Assembly: GCA_965222225.1 (NCBI GenBank)
Contig: CBDCTK010000002.1
Coordinates: 1,280,001-1,344,000 of the forward strand
Reading direction: 5' to 3'
Source: Candidatus Poribacteria bacterium
GTDB lineage: Bacteria; Poribacteria; WGA-4E; JAJDTR01
Length of the DNA: 64,000 nt
The notes beneath the pieces are model-generated. The model saw only the letters and a list, made by a program, of their open reading frames with translations, was not told the DNA's origin and searched no databases. Each line of letters opens with the position of its first letter. Position 1 is the stretch's first letter. The translations under genes were made by a program, and so were the position numbers. Below are positions 10,309-20,840 of the stretch, one piece after another.

Positions 10309-11223
10309 ATGTTAAGTCAAGTCCGAAGACATAAATGGGCCGCTCTATTTGTTACCATGTCAATGGCTGCCATTATAGTCTCGCCTCTATTCGCAGCAAA
10401 GCAGGTTAAATGGGAAAAATCCTTAACGGCGGGGATAGAAAAAGCCAAAGAAGCAGGTAAGCCGATGCTAATGGACTTCTTTACGGAGTGGTGAGGGACA
10501 TGTAAGCGGCTGGATGCCACTACATTTCATAATGAGAAAGTTGTTGAACTGTCAAAAGACTTTGTAAATCTAAAGCTAGATGTCGAAGCCAATCCCGATA
10601 ACCTTGCTGCCTACCGAAAATATATCGGCGGAGCCGGTGTGGGGGTCCCAGCACTTGCATTCGTTGATTTCGAGGGCAACTTCATCAGCAAGCCTGCTAT
10701 CGCTTTAGCATTTGACCCCGAAAAGTTTGTTCAGGAGATGGACAATACGCTTGAAGTTGAGGAAGATCTCCAGCGGCTAAAAGCTGTGATAGAAAAGAAT
10801 CCGGACAATCCGGAAGCGAATGCCCAACTCGCGCTTATCCATCTGCAGCGAAACAACCTAGAAAAAGGAATGCCACTAGCTGATACGGCGTTCAGACTTG
10901 ACCCAAAGAACGAAACGGGGCATTTGCCAGCGTTACACATCAACCTGGGACTCTACTACGGCAATCACATTAATGGAGAGAACGCTGAAGATTACTTCCA
11001 AAAAGCAGAAAGTCACTTTCAGACTGTCATTGAACAATATCCCGAAAGCGAGGATTGTGAACCGGCGCATTACTACATAGCTGTAATCTACGTGGCTCAA
11101 GAAATGTACGACAAAGCGATTCCAATGCTTGAGAAGTTGAGCAACGCATCGGATTCAGATACCAGAACTGCCGCCATGCAGATGTTGGAGATTGTTAAGG
11201 AACAAGCCAACGCACTGAAATAA
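10309..11223 (+). CDS. Exported thioredoxin-fold selenoprotein (UxxC) with C-terminal TPR repeats; TGA 10492-10494 read as Sec
   Basis: ORFs 10309 and 10639 share a frame separated by a single TGA: KPMLMDFFTEW-U-GTCKRLD; downstream hairpin; TPR-like helices. Confidence 0.85.
10500..10525 (+). promoter_or_regulatory. Candidate bacterial SECIS element
   Basis: ATGTAAGCGGC-TGGAT-GCCACTACAT hairpin starting 6 nt after the in-frame TGA, G-containing apical loop. Confidence 0.7.
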
Positions 11224-11265
11224 ACAATCTTTCGACATCCCCTTTCTTAATAAGAGGTGTAAAGA

Positions 11266-11300
11266 AGAGCGCCTATATCGGTTACGGTATAGGCGTTTTT
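11266..11300. terminator. Intrinsic terminator between convergent genes
   Basis: GCGCCTATATCG-GTTA-CGGTATAGGCGT then T run. Confidence 0.7.
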
Positions 11301-12009
11301 ACTTTCGGAGACTATCGATCTCAGTCGCACTCAGCATTCGATATTGACCAACCGGTAAATCACCCAGCACCAATGCTCCGATTGCTAGGCGCTTCAGGAA
11401 GGTTACTCTATGGCCCACCGCTTCAAACATCCGGCGAATCTGCCGTTTCTTCCCCTCGTGAATAGTGATTCTGAATCGTGTACAGTCTTTTCGGTGTGAG
11501 ATTAGCGCAATTTTCGCTTGAGATGTAAATCCTCCTTCGATTCTGACTCCCTTGCGCAATTGGTGAATCGCCTTCTGGCTAGGTTTGCCGCACACCCATG
11601 CGACGTACGTTTTATTGACTTCGTGCCGTGGGTGCGTTAAACGATTTGCAAATTCTCCATCATTCGTCATGAGAAGCAACCCTTCTGTATCTCGGTCCAG
11701 TCGTCCCACGGGGTAAATTCTTTCGGGAATGTCCCTGACAAACTCCATAACCGTCGGGCGGTGACGTTCATCGCGCACCGTCGTCACGTATCCTGACGGC
11801 TTGTTGAGCATCAAATGGATTTGTTCGGGCGTCCCTTCAACGAGCTGCCCATCAACTTTAACAAGATCTCTGTCGCGTTCAATGTGCGTACCTGGGATAA
11901 GTACACGTTCATCGTTGACGGTAACCCTGCCCATTATTATCTGCTTCTGAGCGGATCGCCGTGAAGCGATGCCAGATCTAGCAAGATACTTTTCGAGACG
12001 CATCAGCAA
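11299..12009 (-). CDS. rluB: rRNA pseudouridine synthase, RsuA/RluB family
   Basis: S4 domain, LNKPSG, YPVGRLDRDTEGLLLMTNDG, EGKKRQIRRM. Confidence 0.88.
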   Translation of the reverse strand: MLMRLEKYLARSGIASRRSAQKQIIMGRVTVNDERVLIPGTHIERDRDLVKVDGQLVEGTPEQIHLMLNKPSGYVTTVRDERHRPTVMEFVRDIPERIYPVGRLDRDTEGLLLMTNDGEFANRLTHPRHEVNKTYVAWVCGKPSQKAIHQLRKGVRIEGGFTSQAKIALISHRKDCTRFRITIHEGKKRQIRRMFEAVGHRVTFLKRLAIGALVLGDLPVGQYRMLSATEIDSLRK

Positions 12010-12152
12010 GTTTCAAGAACAAACTTCACAAAAGTGGGGCGGGGCGGGAAGATCGCCGACTATTTTTCCTTCCCAATCTTCCTCCGCTTCCAACTTTCCT
12101 AGTCGTACGAGAAGATAAACTCAAATATGGAAAGTTGATTAAATTTATTCCA

Positions 12153-13574
12153 TCACCCTCTTCCCTTATTTAATGCTGCAAGCATATCAGATAAGTGCAC
12201 GAACTTCTGGCGAATCTTGCTTAATGCCACGCCCTTCTCAATTTCGAGGAGATCGAGTTCTTTCCAATCAGAAAAAGTGAGATAGGAAGTTTCTTTAGCC
12301 TTCAGAAACGACTCAATGGCTCTGGGTTCTTGCTCATCATACATCGGAACAGTTAGACCTTGAATGTCTTCTAACATCGCGTCAACAGTTTCACCAGAAT
12401 CACCCTTATTTGTGCCCAAGAGGCCCGTAGGTCCTCGCTTAATCCAACCAACGACGTACTGTCCCCAAACCACTTCCCCGTTGTCAGGGTCAACGACGCG
12501 CCCTCGCTCATTTGGAATGACTCCGTTGGCCTGATCGAAAGGTACACCCTGCAAAAGAATTCCGTGATAGCCTACAGAGCGGAAGATAGCACCGCAAGGA
12601 ATTGTTTCTAATTCTCCTGATCCCCGCCGAGGTCGCATGTCTCCCGATTCGCTCTTGGCGAGCACGTTTCGTTCAATTTTCACACCAACAACGTGTCCAT
12701 TCTCTCCGATGATTTCCACGGGCGATCGCAGGAGACGAAGGTGAACCTTCTTGGGGCTTGCTCCCGGAGCTTCCCGTGACTTCTGGGTCAGGTATTCAAC
12801 GTTAGCGCGCGCCCGTTTATCCGTTTCCAGTGATTTCTTGGATTCCTCATCTAGCACGACATCTACAGGATCGACCAAGAGGTCTACGCCTTCAAGTGCG
12901 CCGATTTCCTTGATTTCTTTAGGAGTAAAAGCCGCCTGTGCAACACCCCGCCTTCCTAGAATGACAATCTCCCTTATTTTGCTTGCGCGTAAGGCTTCTA
13001 GTGCGTAATCTGTGATGTCAGTGGTAGCTAATTCGTCGGGCGACTTTGCAAGAATACGCGTCACGTCCATCGCCACGTTACCAACGCCTACGACGACGGC
13101 ACGTTCGTGAGATAGATCGAATTTGGATTCCACATAGTCGGGGTGACCATTATACCAAGCAACGAACTCTGTGGCGGTATAACTACCTGAGAACATCTCA
13201 CCCGGAATATTTAGTTTACGGTCTGTTTCAGCACCGACAGCGTAGATTATCTGATCGTAATGTGCCTGGAGATCTTCCAAATGAATGTCATGTCCAAACT
13301 GGATATTTCCAAAGAAACGAAATCGTGGATTTGTGGCAATTTTCTCAAATCCTTTGATAATGGCTTTGATGTTCTGATGGTCCGGAGCAACTCCAAATCG
13401 AACAAGACCGTAAGGCACTGGAAGTCGATCAAAAGTATCCACTTCAATCAGGATATCTTTTCGCCGCAACAGGGCGTCAACCGCATAGAAACCGGAAGGA
13501 CCTGCACCAACCACAGCTACTCGCAACGGTCTCTTTTCACTACCTAGAGGATATTCCGTCATTGAATTGGTCAC
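12153..13574 (-). CDS. Ferredoxin--NADP+ reductase (FprA/adrenodoxin reductase-like)
   Basis: VVGAGPSGFY, GLVRFGVAPDH, WYNGHP, GVGNVAMD, GWIKRGPTG. Confidence 0.9.
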   Translation of the reverse strand: MTNSMTEYPLGSEKRPLRVAVVGAGPSGFYAVDALLRRKDILIEVDTFDRLPVPYGLVRFGVAPDHQNIKAIIKGFEKIATNPRFRFFGNIQFGHDIHLEDLQAHYDQIIYAVGAETDRKLNIPGEMFSGSYTATEFVAWYNGHPDYVESKFDLSHERAVVVGVGNVAMDVTRILAKSPDELATTDITDYALEALRASKIREIVILGRRGVAQAAFTPKEIKEIGALEGVDLLVDPVDVVLDEESKKSLETDKRARANVEYLTQKSREAPGASPKKVHLRLLRSPVEIIGENGHVVGVKIERNVLAKSESGDMRPRRGSGELETIPCGAIFRSVGYHGILLQGVPFDQANGVIPNERGRVVDPDNGEVVWGQYVVGWIKRGPTGLLGTNKGDSGETVDAMLEDIQGLTVPMYDEQEPRAIESFLKAKETSYLTFSDWKELDLLEIEKGVALSKIRQKFVHLSDMLAALNKGRG

Positions 13575-13641
13575 GAAAACAATTTCCGAGAGAGTAATTC
13601 AACTGAGTATAAGGCGGACCTCAAGGATTAGAAGTCGTCCA

Positions 13642-14289
13642 CTAAATTTTGACATGAAACTGCTCAATTTGCCAACCATTTTCCATAGCAATTCGGCGCA
13701 GTTTACGATCTGGGTTTACGGCTACAGGGTGACCTACTAACCGCAGTTTATGCACATCCGAATGGTGATTTCCGTAGGCGTAAGAGTCAGCCAGATTAAA
13801 AGCGTATGTCTTGGTCAATTCCTTGACCAAGACAGCTTTATTCTCGGCATGTGGATTCAAACCCACTTGATGCCCTGTAATATAGCCATCAACCGTTTCT
13901 AGCTCATACCCAATCATGAGATCAGTACCCAGATAGTTGTGAAACAAATAGACAAGCACCTGCAACGATCCAGAGAGAATCACAATTGTTCTGCCCTCGG
14001 AACGGTGGAATGCCATAAGATCGGAAACACGCGGGGAAATTCGATCGACAAGCCGCTCTTTGAAACATGTTTCCGCCAAGCTACAGACGCGCTGATAATC
14101 CAATCCGTGAAGATACATCTTGTACGCTTTTGCCTTGCGTAGATCTTGCGTTTTGAGAAAATAGGAGGTCCAATCCAACAGGTTGGACATCGGGAGTTCG
14201 CCTTCCTTGAGAAGATATTTGAGGAAAACTCCCTCCGAAGAGTAATCAATGATAGTACCGTCAAGATCAAAAATTGCACAAGAACTCAT
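13642..14289 (-). CDS. HAD-IB family hydrolase (SerB-like)
   Basis: FDLDGT, ILSGS, SYAYGNHHSD, PVAVNPD. Confidence 0.88.
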   Translation of the reverse strand: MSSCAIFDLDGTIIDYSSEGVFLKYLLKEGELPMSNLLDWTSYFLKTQDLRKAKAYKMYLHGLDYQRVCSLAETCFKERLVDRISPRVSDLMAFHRSEGRTIVILSGSLQVLVYLFHNYLGTDLMIGYELETVDGYITGHQVGLNPHAENKAVLVKELTKTYAFNLADSYAYGNHHSDVHKLRLVGHPVAVNPDRKLRRIAMENGWQIEQFHVKI

Positions 14290-14293
14290 TGCG

Positions 14294-15016
14294 TCACTCC
14301 ACCTTCTGCCCCAATGCTTTGCGATACGCCTTCACGGCGTTCTCCAGACCCATGTAAATCGCGTCGTTAATCAAGTGGTGTCCGATAGAGACCTCAAGTA
14401 GAGGTAGATTCCGTAGGGGCGGCAAGTTGTCCAGATTCAAGTCATGTCCGACATTGATACCGCCCCCTACCTCGACAGCTTTTTCAGCAGCCCTGACAAG
14501 TAAGCCGAACTGATGTTTAATTTCTTCGTTTGTCTTTGCGGCGGCATAGGGCTCGGTAAAGAACTCAATACGATCTGCACCAACTTCTCTTGATAACTCA
14601 ATCTGTTGAAGATCGGTTCCACTGAACAGACTTACGCGGATTCCAGCATCTTTAAGACGTTGAATAATCGGTTTAAGTTTGTCGCCGTTTCTCTCTAGGT
14701 TCCAAACTGTGTGGCTAGTGATTTCTCCCGGGACAACAGGCACCAGAGTACACTGCGTCGGACGAATCTCCGTCACCATGTCAAGGAAATCAGGTCGCGG
14801 ATCGCCTTCAATATTAAATTCGACAGTGACCATCTCCGCAAGTTCGTAAACATCGTGTGGCTTTATATGGCGTTGGTCCTGTCTAGGGTGAGCTGTGATA
14901 CCCTGTGCTCCCGCATCAATACAAGTTTGCGCCGCCTGCGTCACACTCGGAAGATTCCCGCCCCTTGAATTTCTCAGCGTTGCAATTTTATTTACATTTA
15001 CGCTTAAGTTTATCAT
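14294..15016 (-). CDS. pdxJ: Pyridoxine 5'-phosphate synthase
   Basis: LSVNVNKIATLRNSR, HPRQDQRHI, GHDLN, EVSIGH. Confidence 0.95.
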   Translation of the reverse strand: MINLSVNVNKIATLRNSRGGNLPSVTQAAQTCIDAGAQGITAHPRQDQRHIKPHDVYELAEMVTVEFNIEGDPRPDFLDMVTEIRPTQCTLVPVVPGEITSHTVWNLERNGDKLKPIIQRLKDAGIRVSLFSGTDLQQIELSREVGADRIEFFTEPYAAAKTNEEIKHQFGLLVRAAEKAVEVGGGINVGHDLNLDNLPPLRNLPLLEVSIGHHLINDAIYMGLENAVKAYRKALGQKVE

Positions 15017-15124
15017 AAGTTTTCACTCGACGCAGTTCCGATTGCATTCTCTTCTAGGACTGGAGAGAACGTGTAAGATAGAGACGCAATCAAAGCCATG
15101 ATTGATGCACTTCCTCGATTCGTA

Positions 15125-16039
15125 TTATTTTGCCTTTGACCAATATAACTCCTTGAGGCGGCGAATGTATTCTCTATCTCTCTTCTCCAACGCTTCGTCA
15201 AACCTCTCTGGGTCAACAAACCACGGCGTGCCTTCTGCCAGGCGAACTCTGATTTTCTCATTCTCTATGCTACGAGGGGCCCGTATATCTTCCGGCCATT
15301 TCCAGATGCCCGCCAAATCATAGTGTCGGAGCGGGCCCTCATGCGGCATACGGAAACCAAAGGTAGAAACGACACCAAGTTCGATGTCTTCCGCGGTTGC
15401 CATCCCTTCAGCCCATAATCGAAGCGCCTCGCGATTCATGGCGCCCTGCAACCGGTTCAGCAGATAACCCGGCAATTCTTTGCGTAACCGAATCGGTATT
15501 TTCTTCGCCCTCTCCATCAGGTCGCAGGTGATGTCGTATGTTTCGTTGGATGTCCCTGGCCCTTTCGCAACCTCAACCCCCGGCACGATGTGCGGCGGCG
15601 CAAAATAGTGAGTTATGACGAGCTTATCCTGCCTCTCAACATCAGAACCGAAATTGCTGAGAACTAATCCGGACGTATTGCTCGCCAATATTGCATGGCG
15701 TGAGCATAACTTATCAAGTTCGTTGAATAGTTCCCGTTTATCTCGCGATCTCTCGACAATCGCTTCCGTAATGAAATCACTGCCCCTCGCGACTTCCGTT
15801 AAATCGGTAGTGGTCGTTATCCTATCTACGGTGTCCTTGGCTTGTTCCTGGGTTATCAACTCTTCCTCGACAAAGAGATTTAGAGCTGACTTGATGTTTG
15901 CCATGGACCGCTCAAGAACCTCATCGTTCAAGTCGCAGATAACGGTGGAGTATCCGCCTAACGCAAAGTTAATCGCGATGCCAAAGCCCATCGTCCCGCC
16001 TCCAACAACCCCGACCTGATTTACATCGCTTAGCTCCAT
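15125..16039 (-). CDS. 3-hydroxyacyl-CoA dehydrogenase family protein
   Basis: VVGGGTMGFGIA, EAIVE, LASNTS, HYFAPPH, PGYLLNRL; start reassigned to MELSDV. Confidence 0.88.
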   Translation of the reverse strand: MELSDVNQVGVVGGGTMGFGIAINFALGGYSTVICDLNDEVLERSMANIKSALNLFVEEELITQEQAKDTVDRITTTTDLTEVARGSDFITEAIVERSRDKRELFNELDKLCSRHAILASNTSGLVLSNFGSDVERQDKLVITHYFAPPHIVPGVEVAKGPGTSNETYDITCDLMERAKKIPIRLRKELPGYLLNRLQGAMNREALRLWAEGMATAEDIELGVVSTFGFRMPHEGPLRHYDLAGIWKWPEDIRAPRSIENEKIRVRLAEGTPWFVDPERFDEALEKRDREYIRRLKELYWSKAK

Positions 16040-16086
16040 GCTACCCCCGTTTAGAAATCCTGCGCTAGTCGGCGCGAATGCACTAA

Positions 16087-17523
16087 TTACAGTGTATGCC
16101 CTGACAAATCTCCTGCAATTGTCAACCGACGTTGTTGCGTGAAAGTCCGAGGTCGCGTAAACCCTTCCCCTGTTGGACCCGCAATCGTCATCGCCAGAAA
16201 CCCTTCTCCACCCAGTCCCGCACACGCATAAGACGGTGCGTTTACGACTACAATGTTGCAATCCATTGCCTTGTTAAACTGTGTGATTCGTTTCATGTCA
16301 TTGGTGTGGAGAATCGCGGTATGTCCGCGTCCGCCTTCGGCCGTCATGGCACCTTTAAGCGATTCATCAAAGTTTCGCATTCGCGCAACGGGAAGGATAG
16401 GCATAAGGTACTCGTCAATGATAAAAGTATGGTCTGCTGGGACATCTGCGACAATCGCAACTGTGTTAGCCGGTGCCCTTATTCGAGCCGCATCCAAAAT
16501 TACCCGCGCACCTTTCCCGATAAAGTCTTTGTTGACATCTCCATCCTTAATCACGGTCCTCTCCACTGCTTTGAGCTCATTCGCGTTGAGCAGATAGCCC
16601 CCATTCCTCGTGAGTTCTCGAACCGTTCCATCTGCGACAGATTCGACCACAAACAGCGCCTTCTCGCCAATGCAGAGGAGATTGTTGTCAAAACTTGTGC
16701 CGTCAATAGTGTGTTTGGCGGCTTTCGCAACATCCGCAGTTTCATCAATGAGCGCCGGAGGATTGCCTGGGCCCGCCGCAATCGCTTTCTTCCCGCTGGT
16801 CAATGCCGCTTTCACGACGCTGGGACCGCCGGTTGCAACGACCATGGAAATATCATCGTGATTCATTATCTCTTTTGCTGTGCGGAGCGTCGCATCCGCA
16901 ACAGCGGTGAGCAAATTGGGGGGGCCGCCAGACTTCACGATTGCGTCGTTTATGACGCGCATAGTTTCATGCGTGCACTTTGCTGCGTTTGGGTGAGGAC
17001 TGAATACCACAGCGTTCCCTGCCGACAGCATAATTATCGCGTGATTAATAACCGTTGAGGTCGGATTGGTAGTCGGTGTAATCGAGTTAATCACGCCAAA
17101 CGGCACATATTCCACGAGCAGCGTGCCCTCATCACCTGTAGAGGCTTCGGATCGCAAATCTTCTACCCCTGGCGAAAGATTGACCGCGCCCTCATTCTTC
17201 ATCAGTTTGTGTGCCGCGTTTCCCATTCCCGTGTCTTCAACTGCCAAATCAGCGAGACGTTGAGCATTCTCGAGAGCGGCACGCTTGATCGCTTCGATGA
17301 TTTCCCGACGCTTGGCAAACCCGAGTCGAACGAATTCTGCTTGCGCCTGCTTTGCAGCCACAACTGCTTGGTCGGTACTTGGATGGATTCCTGATTGCGA
17401 TCTGGAACCAACACCGACTTTCGAACTTCTCACCGGTGCGCTTGAGATACGCCCTTCACTTCGAAGATTATTGATGACTTGCGAAACAATTTCTTCAATC
17501 TGTTCAGGGTTAATTTCCGCCAT
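16087..17523 (-). CDS. CoA-acylating aldehyde dehydrogenase (EutE/PduP family) with N-terminal encapsulation peptide
   Basis: PFGVI..ITPTTNP, ATGG, AGPGNPP, SFDNNLLCIGEK, GPTGEG; N-terminal PEQIEEIVSQVINNL helix plus Ser/Gly linker. Confidence 0.92.
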   Translation of the reverse strand: MAEINPEQIEEIVSQVINNLRSEGRISSAPVRSSKVGVGSRSQSGIHPSTDQAVVAAKQAQAEFVRLGFAKRREIIEAIKRAALENAQRLADLAVEDTGMGNAAHKLMKNEGAVNLSPGVEDLRSEASTGDEGTLLVEYVPFGVINSITPTTNPTSTVINHAIIMLSAGNAVVFSPHPNAAKCTHETMRVINDAIVKSGGPPNLLTAVADATLRTAKEIMNHDDISMVVATGGPSVVKAALTSGKKAIAAGPGNPPALIDETADVAKAAKHTIDGTSFDNNLLCIGEKALFVVESVADGTVRELTRNGGYLLNANELKAVERTVIKDGDVNKDFIGKGARVILDAARIRAPANTVAIVADVPADHTFIIDEYLMPILPVARMRNFDESLKGAMTAEGGRGHTAILHTNDMKRITQFNKAMDCNIVVVNAPSYACAGLGGEGFLAMTIAGPTGEGFTRPRTFTQQRRLTIAGDLSGHTL

Positions 17524-17621
17524 GTATACCTCCGATTCTGGGGGTTAGATTTATGGACTGGAGATAAAAAATCCGGGACGGTTTAACCCTCTCCATTGTC
17601 CAATACCGAATTCCCGAATCT

Positions 17622-17897
17622 TCACCCCTGGGAAAGCATATTTTCCACGTCTGAGTGTGGACGAGGGATAACATGTACAGAAATGAGTTCACCAACGCCC
17701 TTTGCGGCTTCCGCGCCCGCGTCCGTTGCCGCTTGGACTGCGCCAACATCGCCTCGAACCATTACAGTAACATATCCTGCGCCAATCTGCTCTCTGCCAA
17801 TCAGCGAGACATTCGCCGCCTTAACCATTGTGTCAGCCGCCTCAATCGCAGCAACAAGCCCTCTCGTTTCAATCAATCCCAAAGCTTCATTCGCCAT
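17622..17897 (-). CDS. Bacterial microcompartment hexamer shell protein (BMC-H, EutM/PduA-like)
   Basis: [43 protein letters not shown]. Confidence 0.95.
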   Translation of the reverse strand: MANEALGLIETRGLVAAIEAADTMVKAANVSLIGREQIGAGYVTVMVRGDVGAVQAATDAGAEAAKGVGELISVHVIPRPHSDVENMLSQG

Positions 17898-18455
17898 TTC
17901 GTGAAAGACCTCCCAAGTGTTAGAACAGTGAAAAAACTGAATTGTGGGTTGACCACCCGACAGATCTCTCATACAAATCTGTCGATCACTGTTCATAATA
18001 GCATAATATTCTGGCTCTTGCAACCCGCTCTTTTCTATTTCACTCGATGGCAAATATCAAGAATAAACACACCACAATCAAGGTCGTGTGGTGAGAGGGA
18101 AGAATCTTCGATTACAGAGCAGCGGTTATTGAGGAAGTCATCAAGGGGTATTCAATTCGGATGGGGATTACGGTGTCACTTGTCCATACTCGCGGAACTG
18201 AGGGGAGTTGACAAACTGCGGGGAGGTAGGAACGGACGAGTATGCACGTGCATTAGCCCGAACCGAGTTGTTATAATGGGAGAATGTCGATTACGAATCG
18301 CCCATTATCGTTGCCATGCAACGCTCGGGTCAAATGCAGGAAATAGACATGAAGAGATAATAACGATGATACTTAAAAGATGTGAGACTGCGGTGGATAT
18401 CCCGCTCGTCAGGAATTAGGTTTCATGGGCAATGGATTCATTTGCCACTCGTGGT

Positions 18456-18826
18456 TGTCATCGTGCTGAGTCTCCGTTTCTGGGACAACTTCATTTTATG
18501 GCTTGCTCGGTGTATTTGATTCAATTTTCGCATCTGGTGATTCCTCATGCACGGGCTCAAGATCGACAGGGGGACGCGGTGTTTTAGGCGCGGGCGAGTC
18601 CTTGGCGGGAAGTACCTTAGCTCCTACCATGTCTCCCATAGTGTCATCGTGCTGAGTCTCTGTCCCTGGAACAACCTTCTTTGGTGGATTGGCTTGGTGG
18701 GTTGGATTCAATTTCCTCATCTGGCGATACCATAAGCACGGGGGCAGAAGCACGTCGTACTTTGGGCGTTGGAGGGTCTTTGGCGAGAAGTACCTCAGCC
18801 CCCACCAGGTCTGGGAAGTCGATCAA
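18456..18826 (-). pseudogene. Degenerate ORF built from a ~180-bp tandem duplication
   Basis: Identical 19-mer TGTCATCGTGCTGAGTCTC at 18456 and 18642; repeated peptides (D.VGA.VL.AKD.P.PK, SPD..IESN.PS, VVP.TETQHDD) split by a frameshift and a stop. Confidence 0.5.
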
Positions 18827-19289
18827 GGTTTTCCTTAAATACCATCCGTTAACGTAATACCATCCTATAGTTAGTTAGAGCGACGATGATAAATGAAAAC
18901 GCTATCCACTTTAGCTTACCGTTAGAACCCATGACATTTTCCTCCTTCTGTATAGGCAGGATAGGCAGGATTGGAGTATGGTTGAATCTAATCGGCAATT
19001 GCACATCATCAGAAGATTACTGCAAAAAACTGAATCTCGAAACATCAACACTATATTACACGCCTGCTTGTTACGCAAGTTTCACTGAAACAGCTTTACA
19101 TTTGAATCAAGATATGACGGGTAAACAGCCAACAAACGTCCTCTGTCCCGTCTTCCATCCTTCCGTCCTTCCAATCTTCCATCCTTGGGCTCCCCGATAA
19201 ATCCACAGTTGACTCTGCGGGGCATCTATAGTATAATAATCATGGTGGTTTAGACTACGATTGCGATCGTGACGATTACGAGGCGACAA

Positions 19290-19952
19290 ATGAAAACCTG
19301 CCTTCTGTTGCCGGCCTACAATGTATCCCGCACCGTGAAACAAATCATTCGGGAAGCAAATTTATTTGTTGGAGATATCATTGTTGTCGATGATGGTTCA
19401 CGCGATAAAACGGCAGAAATTGCGCTCGCATGTGGAGTGGTCGTTCTGAAGCATACCCACAATTGTGGCAAGGGCTTGGCGTTACGAACCGGATTTGATT
19501 ATGCGATTCGAGCTGGATACCAACTTATCTTCACCATGGACAGCGATGGACAGCATAACCCAAGCGACTTACCACGCTTCTTGGATCACTTTCGACTGGC
19601 AGATTCAGACATTCTTATCGGCGGACGTTTTGAAGACAGGGCTGCTATGCCGCTCCATCGCCAATTAAACAACAGGTTGATTTCTACGGTGGGTTCGGCA
19701 CTATGCGGACAACATGTGCCAGATTTTCAATCCGGCTATCGGTTGATAAAAGCCGAGGTTTTGAAGGCGGTTTTATTGAAAACGGAGCGATACGAGACCG
19801 AGTCGGAATTGTTAATCAAAGCCGGCCGTCTTGGATTTCGGATTGAGAGTATTCCAATTCGGGCAGTCTATGGGGATGAAATCAGTAATATCAAGACGTT
19901 CCGTGAAATGCGGTTGTTCACGAAGTTACTTGTCAATAGTCTCTGTAACTGA
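19290..19952 (+). CDS. Glycosyltransferase family 2 (DPM1-like)
   Basis: LPAYN, VVDDGSRD, GKGLAL, MDSDGQH, DFQSGYR. Confidence 0.92.
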   Translation: MKTCLLLPAYNVSRTVKQIIREANLFVGDIIVVDDGSRDKTAEIALACGVVVLKHTHNCGKGLALRTGFDYAIRAGYQLIFTMDSDGQHNPSDLPRFLDHFRLADSDILIGGRFEDRAAMPLHRQLNNRLISTVGSALCGQHVPDFQSGYRLIKAEVLKAVLLKTERYETESELLIKAGRLGFRIESIPIRAVYGDEISNIKTFREMRLFTKLLVNSLCN

Positions 19953-20045
19953 TTATAGGATTTGATGTAACGATACACGCCTCCTTTCGGGCTACAGACG
20001 GCGAGAACGAAACCCGTGCGCATGTCTTGCACGGTCACGACTTAG

Positions 20046-20840
20046 ATGATTCTTGTAACCAATGACGACGGTATCGAATCGCCCGGACTGACTGCCCTAG
20101 CGCAGGCACTAAAGAGTATTGATGAAGTTTATATCGTAGCGCCTGATCGTGAACGCAGTGCGATTGGGATGGCAATTACGCTTGACCATCCCTTGAGAGC
20201 CACGCAAGTTGGCGATCGTGCGTGGGCGGTTGATGGCACCCCGGTTGATTGTGTAGACCTCGCGGTGAGTGCATTGCTGCCTGAAAATCCGAAGTTGCTG
20301 GTTTCTGGCGTTAATCACGGACAAAATCTGGGGCAAGATATCCATTTTTCAGGCACGGTTGCGGCAGCGAAAAAAGCCACCTTCTTGGGAATTCCATCAA
20401 TGGCGGTATCGTTAATTTCTGGACCGCCCTACCATTATGAGACAGCAACCTCTGCTGCCTGCCGACTCGCAAAACTTGTCTTGGCGAACGGATTAACGCC
20501 GGGGATTCTACTAAATGTCAACGTGCCAAACTGCCCTCTTTCTATGGTGAGAAGCTTTGAAGTAGCGCGCCAAGATTTGGGGACATACAGCGCAACCGTA
20601 ATCAAACGGGTGGACCGAGTGGGCAAACCTTACTATTGGATCGGCGGAGAACGCGCTCAAGTGGATGCGCGGGAGGACTCGGATCTTAATGTTGTCAAGA
20701 GACGATGCGTGTCAATTACTCCTGTTCAACTTGACTTTACCGCGCACCATGAAATCGAGCCCCTGAAACAGTGGTTGAAAGACGAATACTTGGAAGAGGA
20801 GGTAGAGGCAGGCATTGAACTACCTAAATCTGATTGTTAA
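20046..20840 (+). CDS. surE: 5'/3'-nucleotidase SurE
   Basis: ILVTNDDGI, GTPVDCV, SGVNHGQN, SGTVAAA, LNVNVP. Confidence 0.96.
   Translation: MILVTNDDGIESPGLTALAQALKSIDEVYIVAPDRERSAIGMAITLDHPLRATQVGDRAWAVDGTPVDCVDLAVSALLPENPKLLVSGVNHGQNLGQDIHFSGTVAAAKKATFLGIPSMAVSLISGPPYHYETATSAACRLAKLVLANGLTPGILLNVNVPNCPLSMVRSFEVARQDLGTYSATVIKRVDRVGKPYYWIGGERAQVDAREDSDLNVVKRRCVSITPVQLDFTAHHEIEPLKQWLKDEYLEEEVEAGIELPKSDC

Noticed and set aside
16132-17058. 308-aa plus-strand ORF and similar long antisense ORFs over clpB, dnaK and the permeases
   Set aside because: Shadows of well-supported genes on the opposite strand, with no protein-like motifs.
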